Of a DNA stretch of 64,000 nt, positions 23,566 to 35,801 are shown piece by piece (the first letter of the stretch is position 1; the number at the start of each line of letters is the position of its first letter). Below the pieces are notes generated by a model. The model was not told where the DNA came from. It saw nothing but the letters and a program-made list of their open reading frames with translations, and searched no databases. The position numbers and the translations under genes are program-made. This stretch comes from Emiliania huxleyi CCMP1516 (taxonomy: Eukaryota), in the NCBI RefSeq assembly GCF_000372725.1, contig NW_005201421.1:248001-312000 (forward strand), read 5' to 3'.

Positions 23566-25516
23566 ATGCTGGCGCCCGCGCCACAGAAGGCCAGCTCGCT
23601 GGAGTCTCGACCGCCTGTGTCAAAGAAGCTCGCATCGAGAGCCCTGATCGCTCTCGGCGTGCTGCTGCTCGTCGCAGCCGTCTCACACCTCCACGAGCTC
23701 GCCATCACTCTGGCGCACCCGCTCGAGCAGTCGGCCGCACGCCGGCCGGCGAACCAGCGCGACCGACGTGGGCAGCGGGCCGCCGCCGCCGCCACTGCCA
23801 GCGCCGCCGAATCCACCGCCGCCTCGCAGACTCCTGGCTCGGACGCTGCCTTGGGTGCGAGGCAGTCGGCCGCTTCGCCAGGCTCAGCGGCGGCCGCCCA
23901 AGCTCCAGCGTCAAACTCCTCCGCAGCCACAGGGAGGAGTCAGCCCGCGGCGGCCGCCGCCGCCGCGTCGCCGCCGCCTCCGGCTTGCGGCGCCGAGCGG
24001 CGGCCGTACCACGTGCTGCTGACCGCCGCGTCGGGCACGTACCAGGAGTGGCAGACGCGGATCGCATACCACTACTACCGCCAGCTCAAGGCGGCGCAGC
24101 CGTGCAGCGACCTCGGCGGCGTCGCGCGGCCACGTCCGCTGCCAGGCGGAGCCTTCCCGGAAGCGTCTCGGAACCTTCCTGCAGGCGGCTTCACGCGGCT
24201 GCTGTCCACGCCGGACGGGCGGCCGGACGGGCTGATGGGCGAGATCCCGACGGTGCTGACCAAGCAGCTGGGCGCGGGGCGGTGCGACGAGTGCTCGCAC
24301 GGCTTTGTGGTGACGAGCGGCGGTGGAGGAGCTGAACTCGGACCCTCGGACCCTTCCGAGAAGCTTCTCGGAGCCGTGCCCGTGTAGGTGATGAACCGGC
24401 CGTGGTCGCTCCGGCAGTACTTCGCCTCCAAGGAGGCGGCCTCCCTCGCCGAGGACTACCTCTTCGTGATCGAGACAGACCACCTGCTGCTGCGGCCGCC
24501 CCGCAACCGCGCGACCGAGGCGTCGCCGGTGGCGTTCGGCTTCTACTACATGACGTACAAGTACGACGCGCGCAAGCTCGGGCCGGTGATCCGGCGGTGG
24601 CACGACCCGGACGACGTCGACCCCGTCGGCCCGTCCCCGCTGATTGTGCACAAGGTGCGCTAGCCCCGGCGCGCCCGTTGCAGGCGACACGTCCGCGACA
24701 CGTCCGCGACACAGCCCGCGGCGTCTGCCCCAGGCGCAGCTGCGAGGCCTGATCGAACCGTGGTGGAGGCGAGCGGTAGCCGAGAGGTCGCAGAGAGGGG
24801 CCGAGAGCGGCGGCTGAGCGAGCCGTGGTGAAGGCGCCGCCCGGAGCCTTCTCGGAACCTTCCTGCGCAGGCTCTGCCTCGAGCTCAAGCGGGACCGCGA
24901 GGCGGACCAGGCGCTCGGGTGGGTGCTCGAGATGTGGGCGTACACCCTCGCCGCGGCGCGCACGGGCGTGCGGCACCAGGCGCACCTAGACTTTCCTCGC
25001 CCCTAGCCCTCTGGCCCTGACCCCATACTTCACTCTTCACTCTGACCTTCACTCTGACCTTGAGAAGCTTGACCCGAAAGCCATGGCCCTGGCGCCAGCC
25101 TTGGGCCAAGCACTAGCGCCCCCCCGATGCGTCCAGGTGCACAAGACCTTCCAGGCGGAGCCGGGCGGCGCGGGCATCTACAACCTGGACGACCACGACA
25201 TCTACCACTACACCTTTGACCTCGACCAGAGGGCGCGCCGCCTCCCTGGCCCGAGGGGGCGGCCCCCAGCCCGCGTACACATCTCGCTAGCCCCGGCCAG
25301 ATCAACAACCCGCCCCCCGGCCTCAACCCCTCTCTCGCTACCCCGTCATCGCAGGCCCAGGACTTCAGCTGGTCCAAGCGCCACTTCATGAGCCGCTACC
25401 CGCCACGACTGCCGGAGCCGCCACGGAGCGCAAAGCCGTCGACGCTGACCTTCATCAAGATGATGAACGGCGCGATCGACGCCTTTGGGGACCGGTGGGG
25501 GGTCGCCCGGGGATGA
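23566..25516 (+). CDS. Hydroxyproline O-arabinosyltransferase-like glycosyltransferase, multi-exon
   Basis: Type II TM anchor; YHVLLTAASGTYQEWQTRIAYHYY, GGFTRLL, VMNRPWS, ETDH, GPSP, GWVLEMWAY motifs of plant HPAT. Confidence 0.88.
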
Positions 25517-25839
25517 GAGCACGAGGCCGGCGGATCCGGCGGGTCCGCGTCCGGTCGCACCGCTGTCTCCCGCGCAGCCCACTGCGCACTGTGGCACTGC
25601 CACTGGCCACTGCCCAGGGCCAGGTGTGTTAGATAGCGGACGTGGATCAAGATTCTCTCGGGCATGTCTTTTTTCGCGAGACAACGCCGCCCACATGAGT
25701 CCATGTGACAAGTGAGTTCAAGTGATGGACATGGCACACATGCTGCATCATGCAGACATGCACAACACACATCTCACCAAACCGCCATCTGCAGCTTCAT
25801 TCGAGCTGAGACCGGATCACAATCACATGCATCATGGTT

Positions 25840-25932
25840 CCCCACCCGTCACCCATGCAACCCACCCGTCACCCCATGCAACCGCCACCCGCCACCCATG
25901 CAACCGCCACCCTCAATTCCCCATGCAACCAA
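25840..25932. repeat. Short tandem repeat CACCC(G)TCACCCCATGCAAC
   Basis: About four degenerate ~20-bp units. Confidence 0.7.
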
Positions 25933-26122
25933 TGAACCCCGAAGCTTGCGACGGCGCAAGCTGCAGCCGCGCTCTCCCTCGCCCGCCCGCCGCACGCGCC
26001 CTCACGCACTCAGCACCGCGCCCGTGGACGGCGTGCGAGTGACCGAGCGCACACCACGCCCGCCTACACACAAACCAAGTCCCCTCAGAAGGCGCAAGCG
26101 GCACGGCGCGGCAGAGCAAGGC

Positions 26123-28014
26123 CTACTCGCCGCATCCGTCCGACTCGCCCGACGAGCTCACAGAGTCGGTGTCGCCTAGAGGCTCAAGAGGCACGGCTTG
26201 CCCACTCGCCCTCGCGCCACGGTGCCGCACCGCGAGAGCGAGGTGCGAGCCATCCGCTGTGCGGTCCCCCTCGCCCGCGCCCTTGCGACCCGCGGCCCGC
26301 TGCGCCAGGCCGCGGGCGAGGAGCCGGCCCAAGTCTGCGATGGCCCGGCGCTGCGCCGCCGGAGCGACGCACAGCCACCCGTGCACGGTGAACATGCCGC
26401 GGCTCAGCTCCACCTCGAGCGGCGAATCGAGCCCGGCCTGCGCCCCGCCGTGCCGGAGCAGGTGCTCTTGCACGCGGCGGGGGTTGCAGACGGTGTCGGC
26501 CGCGGAGAGGTGCACGGCGGTCGGCGAAGGCAGCGACGCGGGGTGGAGCCAGTGCTGCGACCACCAAAACTCGCGCCGCAAGCAGTTCTGTACGGTCGGG
26601 TCGGAGGCGACGGCGACCCGCTGCAGCCAGTGGAACCAGGTTGCTGGGCGGAGGGGGGCGACCTGCGGCGGAGGAGGCGAGGCGTGGGCGTGAGAGAAGC
26701 TACACGGAGTTGGAGGCGGCTGGTGTCGGAGCCGGGCTCGCTCTAGGGGAGGGAGGCGCGCGCCTCGTACAAGAAGTTGTGCAGCACGTCCCTCTCGTGC
26801 AGCAGGAAGCAGATCGGGTCCGCGAAGAGCGACGCAGCGACCAAGCCGGGCGCGCGAGTCGCGACAGCGGCGTGATAGCCTAACATGACACACCCACACG
26901 GTGAGGAGAGCGCGGGCCGTGCCGCCGCCGTTCCTCGGAGCTGCGGAGGACCCGTCCCAAGCGAGTGCGACATGAACGCGGCGCTCGGCGCCCTCCCGTT
27001 CAGCGCGTGCCGGCGCACCATCACCTCGACGGCACCGACGAGCTCGGGCATCCGCATCGCCCTCGCGACGCAGCGGGAGGTTGGAAGCCGGTCGAGAGCG
27101 CCTGCGAGGCGGACGCGGACGAGTGAGACGGAGCCGCCTCCGCGCCTGGCGTGGCGGGCGGCGGCGCACCGTGCGGCAGGAGCGGCAGCAGCACCGGCCC
27201 CTCCCACCGAGAGGCCAGCTGCAGCAGCAGCAGCGGGTAAGGCAGCAGCCCGCCGATGCCGTGAAGGAAGACGAGCGGCGCGCTGGTGGCGCCGCCGCCG
27301 CGCCGGTCGGGCCGGTGGAGGTAGCGCAGCCTCCCCACGGAGCGCGAGCTGAAGCCGAGCAGCTGCAACATCCGCCGGATGGCGCCGTGCGCTGCGAAGC
27401 AGCAGAGGTAGACGGCCTGGCAAGGAGGAGGGAGGAGGGTGTGGCGCGCTGCTGCTGGGCGGAGTGGGACGAGGGCATGCGCGCGATCACACCAGAGGCC
27501 GGTGGCAGCGTCCGAGCGGCTCGCGGGTGTATGTCATCGCCACCAGCCGCTCCGCCCGGCCGGCAGGCAGTGGCCCAAGCACCACCTCGATCTGGTTCAT
27601 CACTCGGTCGACGGTGGAGGTCTGCTTTGGCTTCCGCTCGCCCGCGTCGCCGTAGAGGGTCCACGCGACAAATTCGCGGATGTTTCCGTAGCGAGGCTCC
27701 TGCCACGGCGAGGCAGGCTGCTCGAGAAACCAGCCGTGCAGAAATAACTTGAGGCCGTCGGCGTCTTCCTCGGCAAGGATCCGGTCGTAGAAGGCGAGCA
27801 CCGCGGCGGTATCGGCGCGCTCGTGCGTGTTGTGTGGTGCGCTCGACCGCCACTCTCGCCACGAGGCCGTGTGAAGGTAGAAGAGAGCCTCGAGCAGCGG
27901 AGCGGTGCACAAATAGAGCAGCGCCTGGACGAGCCAGGGCGCAGCCTCGAACGCGACGAAGAGCTTGTCGAGCAAGGGCCGGAGGCGGCCGGCGCGGCGC
28001 CGGGAGGGAGCCAT
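26123..28014 (-). CDS. Alpha/beta hydrolase fold protein, multi-exon
   Basis: PLVFLHGIGG oxyanion motif, SHSLG nucleophile elbow, ADPICFLL, late HG. Confidence 0.8.
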
Positions 28015-28200
28015 TGAGGCTGGGGCGTGGCGCCGAGGCGGCCTCGAGGAAGCCCGTGGCGGTCCTTCGCCCTTCGCCTTCCTTCCCGATGTTTAATTAA
28101 AAGAAATCGTCGGGACTCCCAATCCGCCCGTAGCCCTGTCCTTCTCCCACCCCTCGTTTGGCGTGTCCGTTGTATTTATTTATTTATTAGCGCTTCCTAA

Positions 28201-28259
28201 TCCCCGGCCCTGGGTGTGAGGTTGCCGACTGCGCACTCCAAGTGCTCCAAGTGCCCAAG
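28201..28259 (+). mobile_element. Terminal-like repeat, same family as 5871 and 46355
   Basis: CCCCGGCCCTGGGTGTGAGGTTGCCGACTGCGCACTCCAAGTGCTCCAAG. Confidence 0.6.
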
Positions 28260-28314
28260 CTGTTAGGCCTCGTAAAAGAGAGTGTCGTCTTGAGGGAGAG
28301 TTGACTTGAAGGGT

Positions 28315-28438
28315 AGACGCCCGAGGGTGGGCGACGGCTAACAGCTAACACCACACTTCTCCCCTAAAATCCCTGTGTGGTGGCGGCGTACCGTCCTCCC
28401 ATCCCTCCCTTGGGTTGTCTGTTTTCTTTCTTTCTTTC
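28315..28438 (+). mobile_element. Copy of the (TTTC)n-tailed dispersed repeat
   Basis: GGGTGGGCGACGGCTA...AAATCCCTGTGTGGTGGCGGCG...CTTGGGTTGTCTGTTTTCTTTC matches 59165-59280 and the reverse complement of 38603-38790. Confidence 0.8.
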
Positions 28439-28818
28439 TGAAGGGTGTTGATCCTTTACCCCTACGAGTGTCGTTGCACGTTGCTCGTGTCGTTGGGGCG
28501 GGGGATGGGGGCCGGGGCGGCCGGGGCGCCGGGGGTTGCGGTGGGGCCGCCACCCGCACCCCGCACACCCCTCACCCGCGCACCCCTGGTCGAGGCTCGA
28601 CGCTCGAGCGCAGAGGCAACAACGAACAGGCCTGGTCGGCTACCGTCCAGGTTTTCTCAGAGCTGCGGGGCGCGGTTTAACTCTCACGCTTGCTCACACA
28701 CATCAGACGAGCAAGCTCCGGCGCCGACGCGCCGGGCTTGTGCACATTGCCTCACACGGGTCTCTCACACAACCGCAGCGTGCCGCGATGACGCGGCGGG
28801 CGGGGCCGACACTCTCCG

Positions 28819-29556
28819 CTAGGACGGCCCTCCCTCTCCGCTCGCGCCGCCCGGCCCGGCTAGCCTGGCCCGCGCCTCGAGCGCCGGCGACACAAACAGC
28901 ACCGCCCGGTCTCTCGCCCCGCACGCGCGGAAATGGTAGACCAGGCTGCCTCCGCCCAGGCCTCCGGGCGGCTCGGTCAGGTCGCCGCGGAGCACCAGCG
29001 CGTCGCCCGCGTCGAGGCAGATCTCCGGCTCCGGCGGCGGCGCCTGGGCGGTCGAGCCGCAGGCCTCGACTGCGCCGTCCACCGAGTCGAAAAAGGCGAC
29101 GTGCGACGACGACGAGTACGGCGTCGGCGCCACGATGGTGGCGGGGTGGCCTCGCAGGGTGAGCGTCACCGGCTCGCGCGGGAGCACCACGACGCAGCTT
29201 CGCTTCGGCTCCTCCAAGAGGTGGGCATAGGCATAGTGGTCGTGCGCGTGCGTGAAGCCGGCGCCCCACTCCCCAACCGGGTCGCAGACGGCGTCGCAGC
29301 GGAGGAGCGCGCAGGCGAGCGAAGCGGCGAAGCGACACTCTCGCGCCGTCGTCGCAAACTCCTCAAGGGTGCACGGGCAGCCGAGGCGCTGCAGCGGTGC
29401 CGACGGCGCCGGGATGACTGAGCGCAAGGCGACCGCGCCGCTGCGGCCAAACTTCGCCGAGACGTCGCCAGAGACGCGGAAGGAGACGCGCTGAGCCTCG
29501 ATGACTGAGGTGGTGGACGCCTGGACCGACAGGCCGACAAGGAGCGCGGCGAGCAT
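28819..29556 (-). CDS. Signal-peptide protein of unknown function, possible cupin/2OG-oxygenase-like fold
   Basis: MLAALLVGLSVQA; HAHDH, GDALVLRGD...VYHF...RAVLF. Confidence 0.5.
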   Translation of the reverse strand: MLAALLVGLSVQASTTSVIEAQRVSFRVSGDVSAKFGRSGAVALRSVIPAPSAPLQRLGCPCTLEEFATTARECRFAASLACALLRCDAVCDPVGEWGAGFTHAHDHYAYAHLLEEPKRSCVVVLPREPVTLTLRGHPATIVAPTPYSSSSHVAFFDSVDGAVEACGSTAQAPPPEPEICLDAGDALVLRGDLTEPPGGLGGGSLVYHFRACGARDRAVLFVSPALEARARLAGPGGASGEGGPS

Positions 29557-29726
29557 CTGACTTATCGAAGCTTGGAAGGGTTGAGACGCTCGCCTCGGAA
29601 TGACACCGCCTGAGCACCGGGCGATTCTGGTTCGAATAAGTGGTGAGGAGCCATCTTTTGACTCCTCCTGAAAAAACAAAAGGCGGAGTGCCGCAGTGCC
29701 CCCTCCCCATACCCGCACCCACCAAT

Positions 29727-29757
<31 letters not shown>

Positions 29758-30022
29758 ACGTCTTCGGTCCCCGCGGGAAGCCCCGCGCATAGGACAACAA
29801 CGTCTGTCCCACACACACACAGACGCGCACATACATCATGCTCGGGCACACCCCACAGTGTAGTGGTTGCTCTCCGCACCCACCAATTTTCCAATTTTAA
29901 CCTTGCGGAGCAGCTTGGCGAACGATTCGTGTCCAGCAGATGGGCAGCAAAAGAATTCACGTTCCGACCTCGGCGACGTTCGCCGACGTTCAGGTCCTCC
30001 GTCGAGGGCCTTCGACGCGGAT

Positions 30023-32384
30023 ATGTTGCCCCTTCTCGGCGCGGCGGCCGGCGTTATCCACGTCTCGTCGCCGGCGTCGCGCGTCGCGCCGCCGCCCGTG
30101 CGGAGCGCCGTCCGGCTCGCGATCGTTGAGACGCCACCGCCAGCGGGCTTTGTGTGGGCAGACCTCGACGACGGCGCTGCTGCCACTCCGGCTGCCTCCG
30201 CACCGGCTGCCTCCGCACCGGCTGCCTCCGCACCGGCTGCCTCCGCACCGGCTGCCTCCGCACCGGCTGCCTCCGCACCGGCTGCCTCCGCGCCCGCCTC
30301 GGCGGCTGATTCCGCGCCCGCCTCGATCTCGCCCATCGGCACGCCCTTCTCCGTCGGGCCTCCGGGTCCGACCTGGAGCGGGCCCACGGGCACCTCGTTC
30401 CTTCCCGAGGAGACGGTTGTGCGCGCCGAGGACGGCAACCCGATCGAGAAGGCCAAGCTGGCCAAGGACGCGACGGCCGCCTTCAACGACGTCTACACCT
30501 TCGCCGCTGCCGTGCGCGCGGGCGAGATGGACTGGGAGGACGTCGAGAAGATGGACATGAACACGCGGCTCAAGTGGGTCGGGCTGGTGCACCGCGACAA
30601 GCGGACGCCCGGCCGCTTCATGATGCGGCTGCGGCTGCCCAACGGGGTGACGAACGCCGACTCGTTCCGCTTCTACGCGGACAGCGTCGAGCCGCACGGG
30701 CCCGACCTCGGCGTGATCGACATCACGACGCGGCAAAACATCCAGCTGCGCGGTGTGCAGCTCGAGCAGGCGGACGAGATCATCGACGGCCTGCACGCGC
30801 GCGGGCAGACGTCCTTCCACTCGGCGCTCGACAACGTGCGCAACATGGTCGGCTCGCCGCTCGCGGGCATCGACTGCCTCGAGATGGTGGGACACGCGCC
30901 GCTCCTGCCGCGTCCTTCCATCAACTGTCAATGAATGACCAGCGAACTCGCTCATAGGTGGACACGCGCCCGTTTTGCGAGGCGCTCAACGACCTGATCA
31001 CGCTCAACCAGGAGACGGGCGAGCGGGGCAACCCGGTCTGGAGCAACATGCCCCGCAAGTTCAACGTCGCCGTCTCGGGCAGCAGGGACGACTTTGCGCA
31101 CACGCACATCAACGACATCGGCTTCCAGCCCTGCGTCCACGCCACGAGCGGCGAGGTCGGCTTCAACATCGTGCTGGGCGGCTACATGTCGACCAAGCGG
31201 GTCGCCGAGTCGGTCGACATGGACCTGTGGATGCCGGCCGACGTGGCCACGGCCGTCGAGCTGACGACGGCGATTCTGCGCGTCTTCCGCGACGAGGGCG
31301 ACCGCAAGGACCGGCAGAAGGGGCGGCTCATGTGGCTCGTCGAGAGCTACGGCGAGGTGGCCGAGGTCGACGGCCACCCGCGCTGCCACCCGGCGTACCG
31401 CCAAAAGATCATCGACGAGATGCGCTCGTACGGGCGCGGGCTCGAGGCGAAGTGCGACGTGCAGCAGCCGCGGCCGACGGAGCCATTCGAGCGGGCGGCG
31501 GCGCCCGGCACCGCCTACCTCGGCGTGCACCCGCAGCCGCAGGAGGGGCTCAAGCGCGTGGGCATCCACGTGCCCGTCGGCCGGCTGTCGGTGGCAGAGG
31601 CGCGCGCCATCGCCGACTTGGCCGACAAGTACGTGCCCGATGGCGAGATCCGGCTGACGGTCGAGCAGAACGTGATCCTGCCAAACGTCAAGGAGGAGGA
31701 CGTGCCCGCCCTCCTCGCCGAGCCGGCCCTGCACGGCGACTCGCGGCTGCGCGTCTCTCCGGGCAACATCGTCGGCAACCTGGTGAGCTGCACCGGCGCG
31801 CAGTTCTGCGGGCTCGCGATGATCGAGACGAAGAACAACGCCGAGGCGATCGCCAAGGAGGTGCAGCAGCGCGTCGACGTCTCTCGCGACGTGCGCATCC
31901 ACTGGACGGGCTGCCCGAACTCGTGCGGCCAGGTCTATCTCCCGATATCTCCCCGCATCTCCCCACATTTTTTCACTGGACGGGCTGCCCGAACTCGTGC
32001 GGCCAGGTGCAGGCCGCCGACATCGGCCTGATGGGCGGGCCGGCCAAGAAGGCCGACCCGGAGACGGGCAAGCTCAAGGCGGTGCCGGGCGTCAAGGTCT
32101 TCCTCGGCGGCACCATCGGCGAGCACGGCGAGCTGCAGCTCGAGGCGGAGCCCGAGGGCATCCCGATCGAGGACCTCGTCCCGCACCTCGTCGAGACGGT
32201 GGTGGAGCGCTTCGGCGGCGAGGTCAGGCCCGAGTTTGCGGGCGAGCACGACGCTTGGCGAGAGGAGCAGGCGAGGGTCAAGGCGGAGGCGGCCGCGGCC
32301 GCGGCGGCCAAGGCGGCCAAGAAGGCGGCGGCCGCCGCCGCCAAGAAGGCGGAGGCGGAGGCGGCGGCGGCGGCGGCGGCCTAG
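30023..32384 (+). CDS. nirA: Ferredoxin-nitrite reductase, plastid-targeted; introns 30887-30957 and 31933-32006
   Basis: FMMRLRLPNG, DITTRQNIQLRG, DNVRN, MPRKFNVAV, siroheme/4Fe-4S cysteines SCTGAQFCG and HWTGCPNSCGQ|VQAADIG. Confidence 0.96.
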
Positions 32385-34315
32385 GCTCGACGGCGGGCGG
32401 CGCGGGCACGCGCCGCTGCGTCTTGCGGGCCCAGAGGTGTACAATGTGTTGCGATGTTGCCTTACCGGCATGGTGCAGGCGAGGGANNNNNNNNNNNNNN
32501 NNNNNNNNNNNNNNNNNNNNNNNNNNNNNNNNNNNNNNNNNNNNNNNNNNNNNNNNNNNNNNNNNNNNNNNNNNNNNNNNNNNNNNNNNNNNNNNNNNNN
32601 NNNNNNNNNNNNNNNNNNNNNNNNNNNNNNNNNNNNNNNNNNNNNNNNNNNNNNNNNNNNNNNNNNNNNNNNNNNNNNNNNNNNNNNNNNNNNNNNNNNN
32701 NNNNNNNNNNNNNNNNNNNNNNNNNNNNNNNNNNNNNNNNNNNNNNNNNNNNNNNNNNNNNNNNNNNNNNNNNNNNNNNNNNNNNNNNNNNGCATTTGCT
32801 CGTGACACGGGCCTCGCCCCATCTTGTGGGGGGGGGGGGGGGTCGAGCTATAGCGGCACTCGTCGGCGACGGCGACGATGGCGGCGACGGCGGCGACGCC
32901 GGGCGGCGGCGGGGGCGGCGAGCGGCGTCGCGCGGTGCGGTGGCCATTGTTCGAGGCCATTGTGTCGTCGGTGATGCGAAGGGCCGGGACCGGAGGCGGC
33001 AAGCCGTCGTCGCCCGGCGCTGCTAGCAGCACTGACCACTGTGCGACGCTGCGCCGACGGAGGAGGGCAGCCTGGCCCTGGTCTGGCTGGCCCTGCTCTT
33101 GCCTGTCACCTGTCTGTCTGTCTGTCTGAAGTCTGTCCTTGCTTGGCAAGACTTGAAGGGCCAGGGAGGTTAGAGTGTGCGGCGTTTCGGATATCGGCGC
33201 TAGAGGGGGGGGGGGTTGTCAGATGCGATCTACACACGAACCTCTTAGTCTAAGACGGGAGTGCCCGCCGCAGCCCGCCGTGAACTGAAATAGCTTTTCT
33301 TCCAAAAGCCTAACAACCACAACCCAAAACGATCCAGCAAACGATCCCGACATCGCGTGCACGCGCCCCCGGCCCACAGGGCGCTTTGTCTCAGGGAGCG
33401 GTATAGCACGCACGCTCAGTCTTCGAGGCTTCAGCTTCGCGCAGAGCGGGCGTTCGTGGGAAGGAGAGGGCCGGGAGTTGGATGCGGCGAAGCGCGCAGC
33501 TCAGCTGCACAGGACTCTGTGGCTCCATGGGCCACTCACCGAGACGACCGAGCGGTCCGCGTGCTGCTGTGCAGCATGGTCAAGGCCGAGGCATGACGAG
33601 ACTGCACTTTTGCAACCGCGCCCGTGAGACGCAGCGATCAGCATTGGGGGCAGCGAGATCGAGGCATATTACGTGTATAGCCCGAGCGAGATTAGGCGAC
33701 GCGCTGCGAAAGCTGCCGCGCCTGGTCAAGTCGAATGCGGTATCCTGACGCAGAGATCGAGAAGCTTCGGGCGGTTGCGGGTTACAAGGCGCAATCGGCG
33801 TCGCTCTCTTGCTTGTGGCGACGAGCGTGCAGCAAGGACAGAGCCGCTCCTTCCTGCTGTGGTGCCTGCTGCTGTGCGCGGTGGCGTGGACCGACGCAGG
33901 CGTGCATCATGAGCAGGCGGCGGTTCTGGGCACGGACTACCCTCTCTGCCTGCTGCGCTGGCGCCGCTGGCTCCTCTAGCTGGGCCTCCTAACCGGCTCG
34001 CTTTCACGCGCCACACACGCATTGCCTCTCCCTCCTCTCTGTACGCCCTGCGCCGCCCGATGGTGCGTCCACGCTGGACTCACTGGCGTGCTCTCGACTA
34101 GACGCCAGTGGATCCCGCCAGCTGGCGGGCGCTGGCGGGCGCTGGGTGGGCCGCGGAGCGAGAGTGTGCGGGTGGGAGGTCTCAAAAATGGCGGGATTCC
34201 GTCCCGCCTTTTGGGAAATGCACGATTTCTTTTACGAGCGTGATAAACTGCGGCATACAAGGGGGAGGCGTGTGTTTCGTGCGCAGAGCCCAGAGGCGGG
34301 CACTCCGCGGGCACT

Positions 34316-34777
34316 GGTGAACGGCATCCAGGAGCGCGTCACGTTGCTCGAGTGCAAGCTCAACGACATCTTCGCCGTCGGCGGTGCCTAGGCTGCGCCT
34401 CCACGCCTCTCTCAAGTCCTATCCCCGCCTCCATGGTCGGAACGGCGACCCTTCTCGAGGCGGCGGCATGTCTCTGAGAACTCTGATGGCGCCCTCCACG
34501 GCTCTCGCGCAGAGAAGGGGAATGGAAACACTAAATTCCTGGTCATTCTGTAATACGGGTCAGGACTCGTGTGGGGTCAGAGTCACATATGAACGACCCG
34601 AGTTGCTTGGGCGCAGTGGCCCTCGCCCTCTCCCCATCACCACGTGAATGTGAAATGAAACCGGCATCACCCTCGCCCCAAAAACACTTGTTACCAGTTG
34701 TTGGCTATCTAGTAGTAGTACTCCCCCCCCCCCCCCTCTTCAAGAGTGCGCCTCACGCCCCTGCGCGCTGTAACACA
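34316..34777 (+). repeat. ~460-bp direct repeat, copy 1 (5' truncated)
   Basis: Near-identical to 40927-41385. Confidence 0.95.
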
Positions 34778-35416
34778 GGCCCCAGGCCGTCCGTGCATCC
34801 GCTCGTCGCTTCACTCCGTCAATGTAGGATCGTACTCACCCCTGCGCCAGGCCCGAGGCGACTACGAATGCATGAGGCAGCACCTCTTGGGTATATGGCG
34901 CATGGCGCATGCCGCATGTGGGCCTCACCCTCGTGGGCCTGCCTCGTGGCTTGTGCCCAAAACGCCAAAACGGGGATGGGTGTAAGACATTCTGACATGT
35001 TTTGACATGTTTCATCGTAACGCCCTCGCCCTCGCTCGATCGCCCTCCGACCTGCATGCAAGGGCGACGCTCGACGGCCACACTGTCCTGCCCACCGGAT
35101 CGCGCCTTGAGATCTTCTGCGACCAGGGGAGCGGCGGTACCCTGCGGCCGTCATGGCGCGAGAGAAGGACGGGGCCGGCCGGATCGTGCACGAGGTCGAG
35201 ACGACGGCTACTCGGATCGGCGGTGACCGCGCAGACGGCCAGCAGGGTACCACCGCTCCCCCGCCGGCTGGTCGGAGAAGGACGGGGCCGGCTGCATGCG
35301 AGATGCCTCTTTTTGCAGCAAGATGCCTCATGTTGTGTAGTTGCTTACCCCGCCGGCTTTTTTCGGACTAGGTTTTTGTTTTTTCTGGCACGGCGTTTGG
35401 CAGGGAGTGGTATATG

Positions 35417-35800
35417 ATGTGCACTCCACCGGGACCACCGTTCGTCGTCACCCTCAACTGGGGCGGGAACAGCCTCGAGGAGCTGAACCGAATGGACCCC
35501 GCTGCGCTCAAGGGAGTACTCGCGAGATTGTTCCCTGTGGTCAAGTCAGAGGAAAAGCAGCCCAACGGCGCCAACAAGAGCAACAAGTATTTCTGCCGGA
35601 GCGAGATTCTCTTCGTCATCAAGGATGGCCCCTCGACCCTCGTCTGCGGCGCCGGCGCCGGCAAGCACTGTGGATTCGGTAGCCGTAATACAACTGTGGC
35701 CGAACACCGCGCTAATCAGAGGTGCCTGCCGGGTGTCTGCGCCGAGCTCGCGCTGCGCGCTGGCGCGGCGGCCGCAAGCGGCACCGAGGCCTCCCCCCAA
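35417..35800 (+). pseudogene. Truncated ORF with a Cys/His motif, possibly a transposase-type zinc finger
   Basis: LVCGAGAGKHCGFGSRNTTVAEHRANQRC, running into TGTTAC repeats. Confidence 0.25.
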
Positions 35801-35801
35801 G

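Noticed and set aside
30023..32384. Nitrate assimilation gene cluster
   Set aside because: No nitrate reductase or nitrate transporter seen in the window.
33480..33992. Short ORF fragments
   Set aside because: No recognisable motif.
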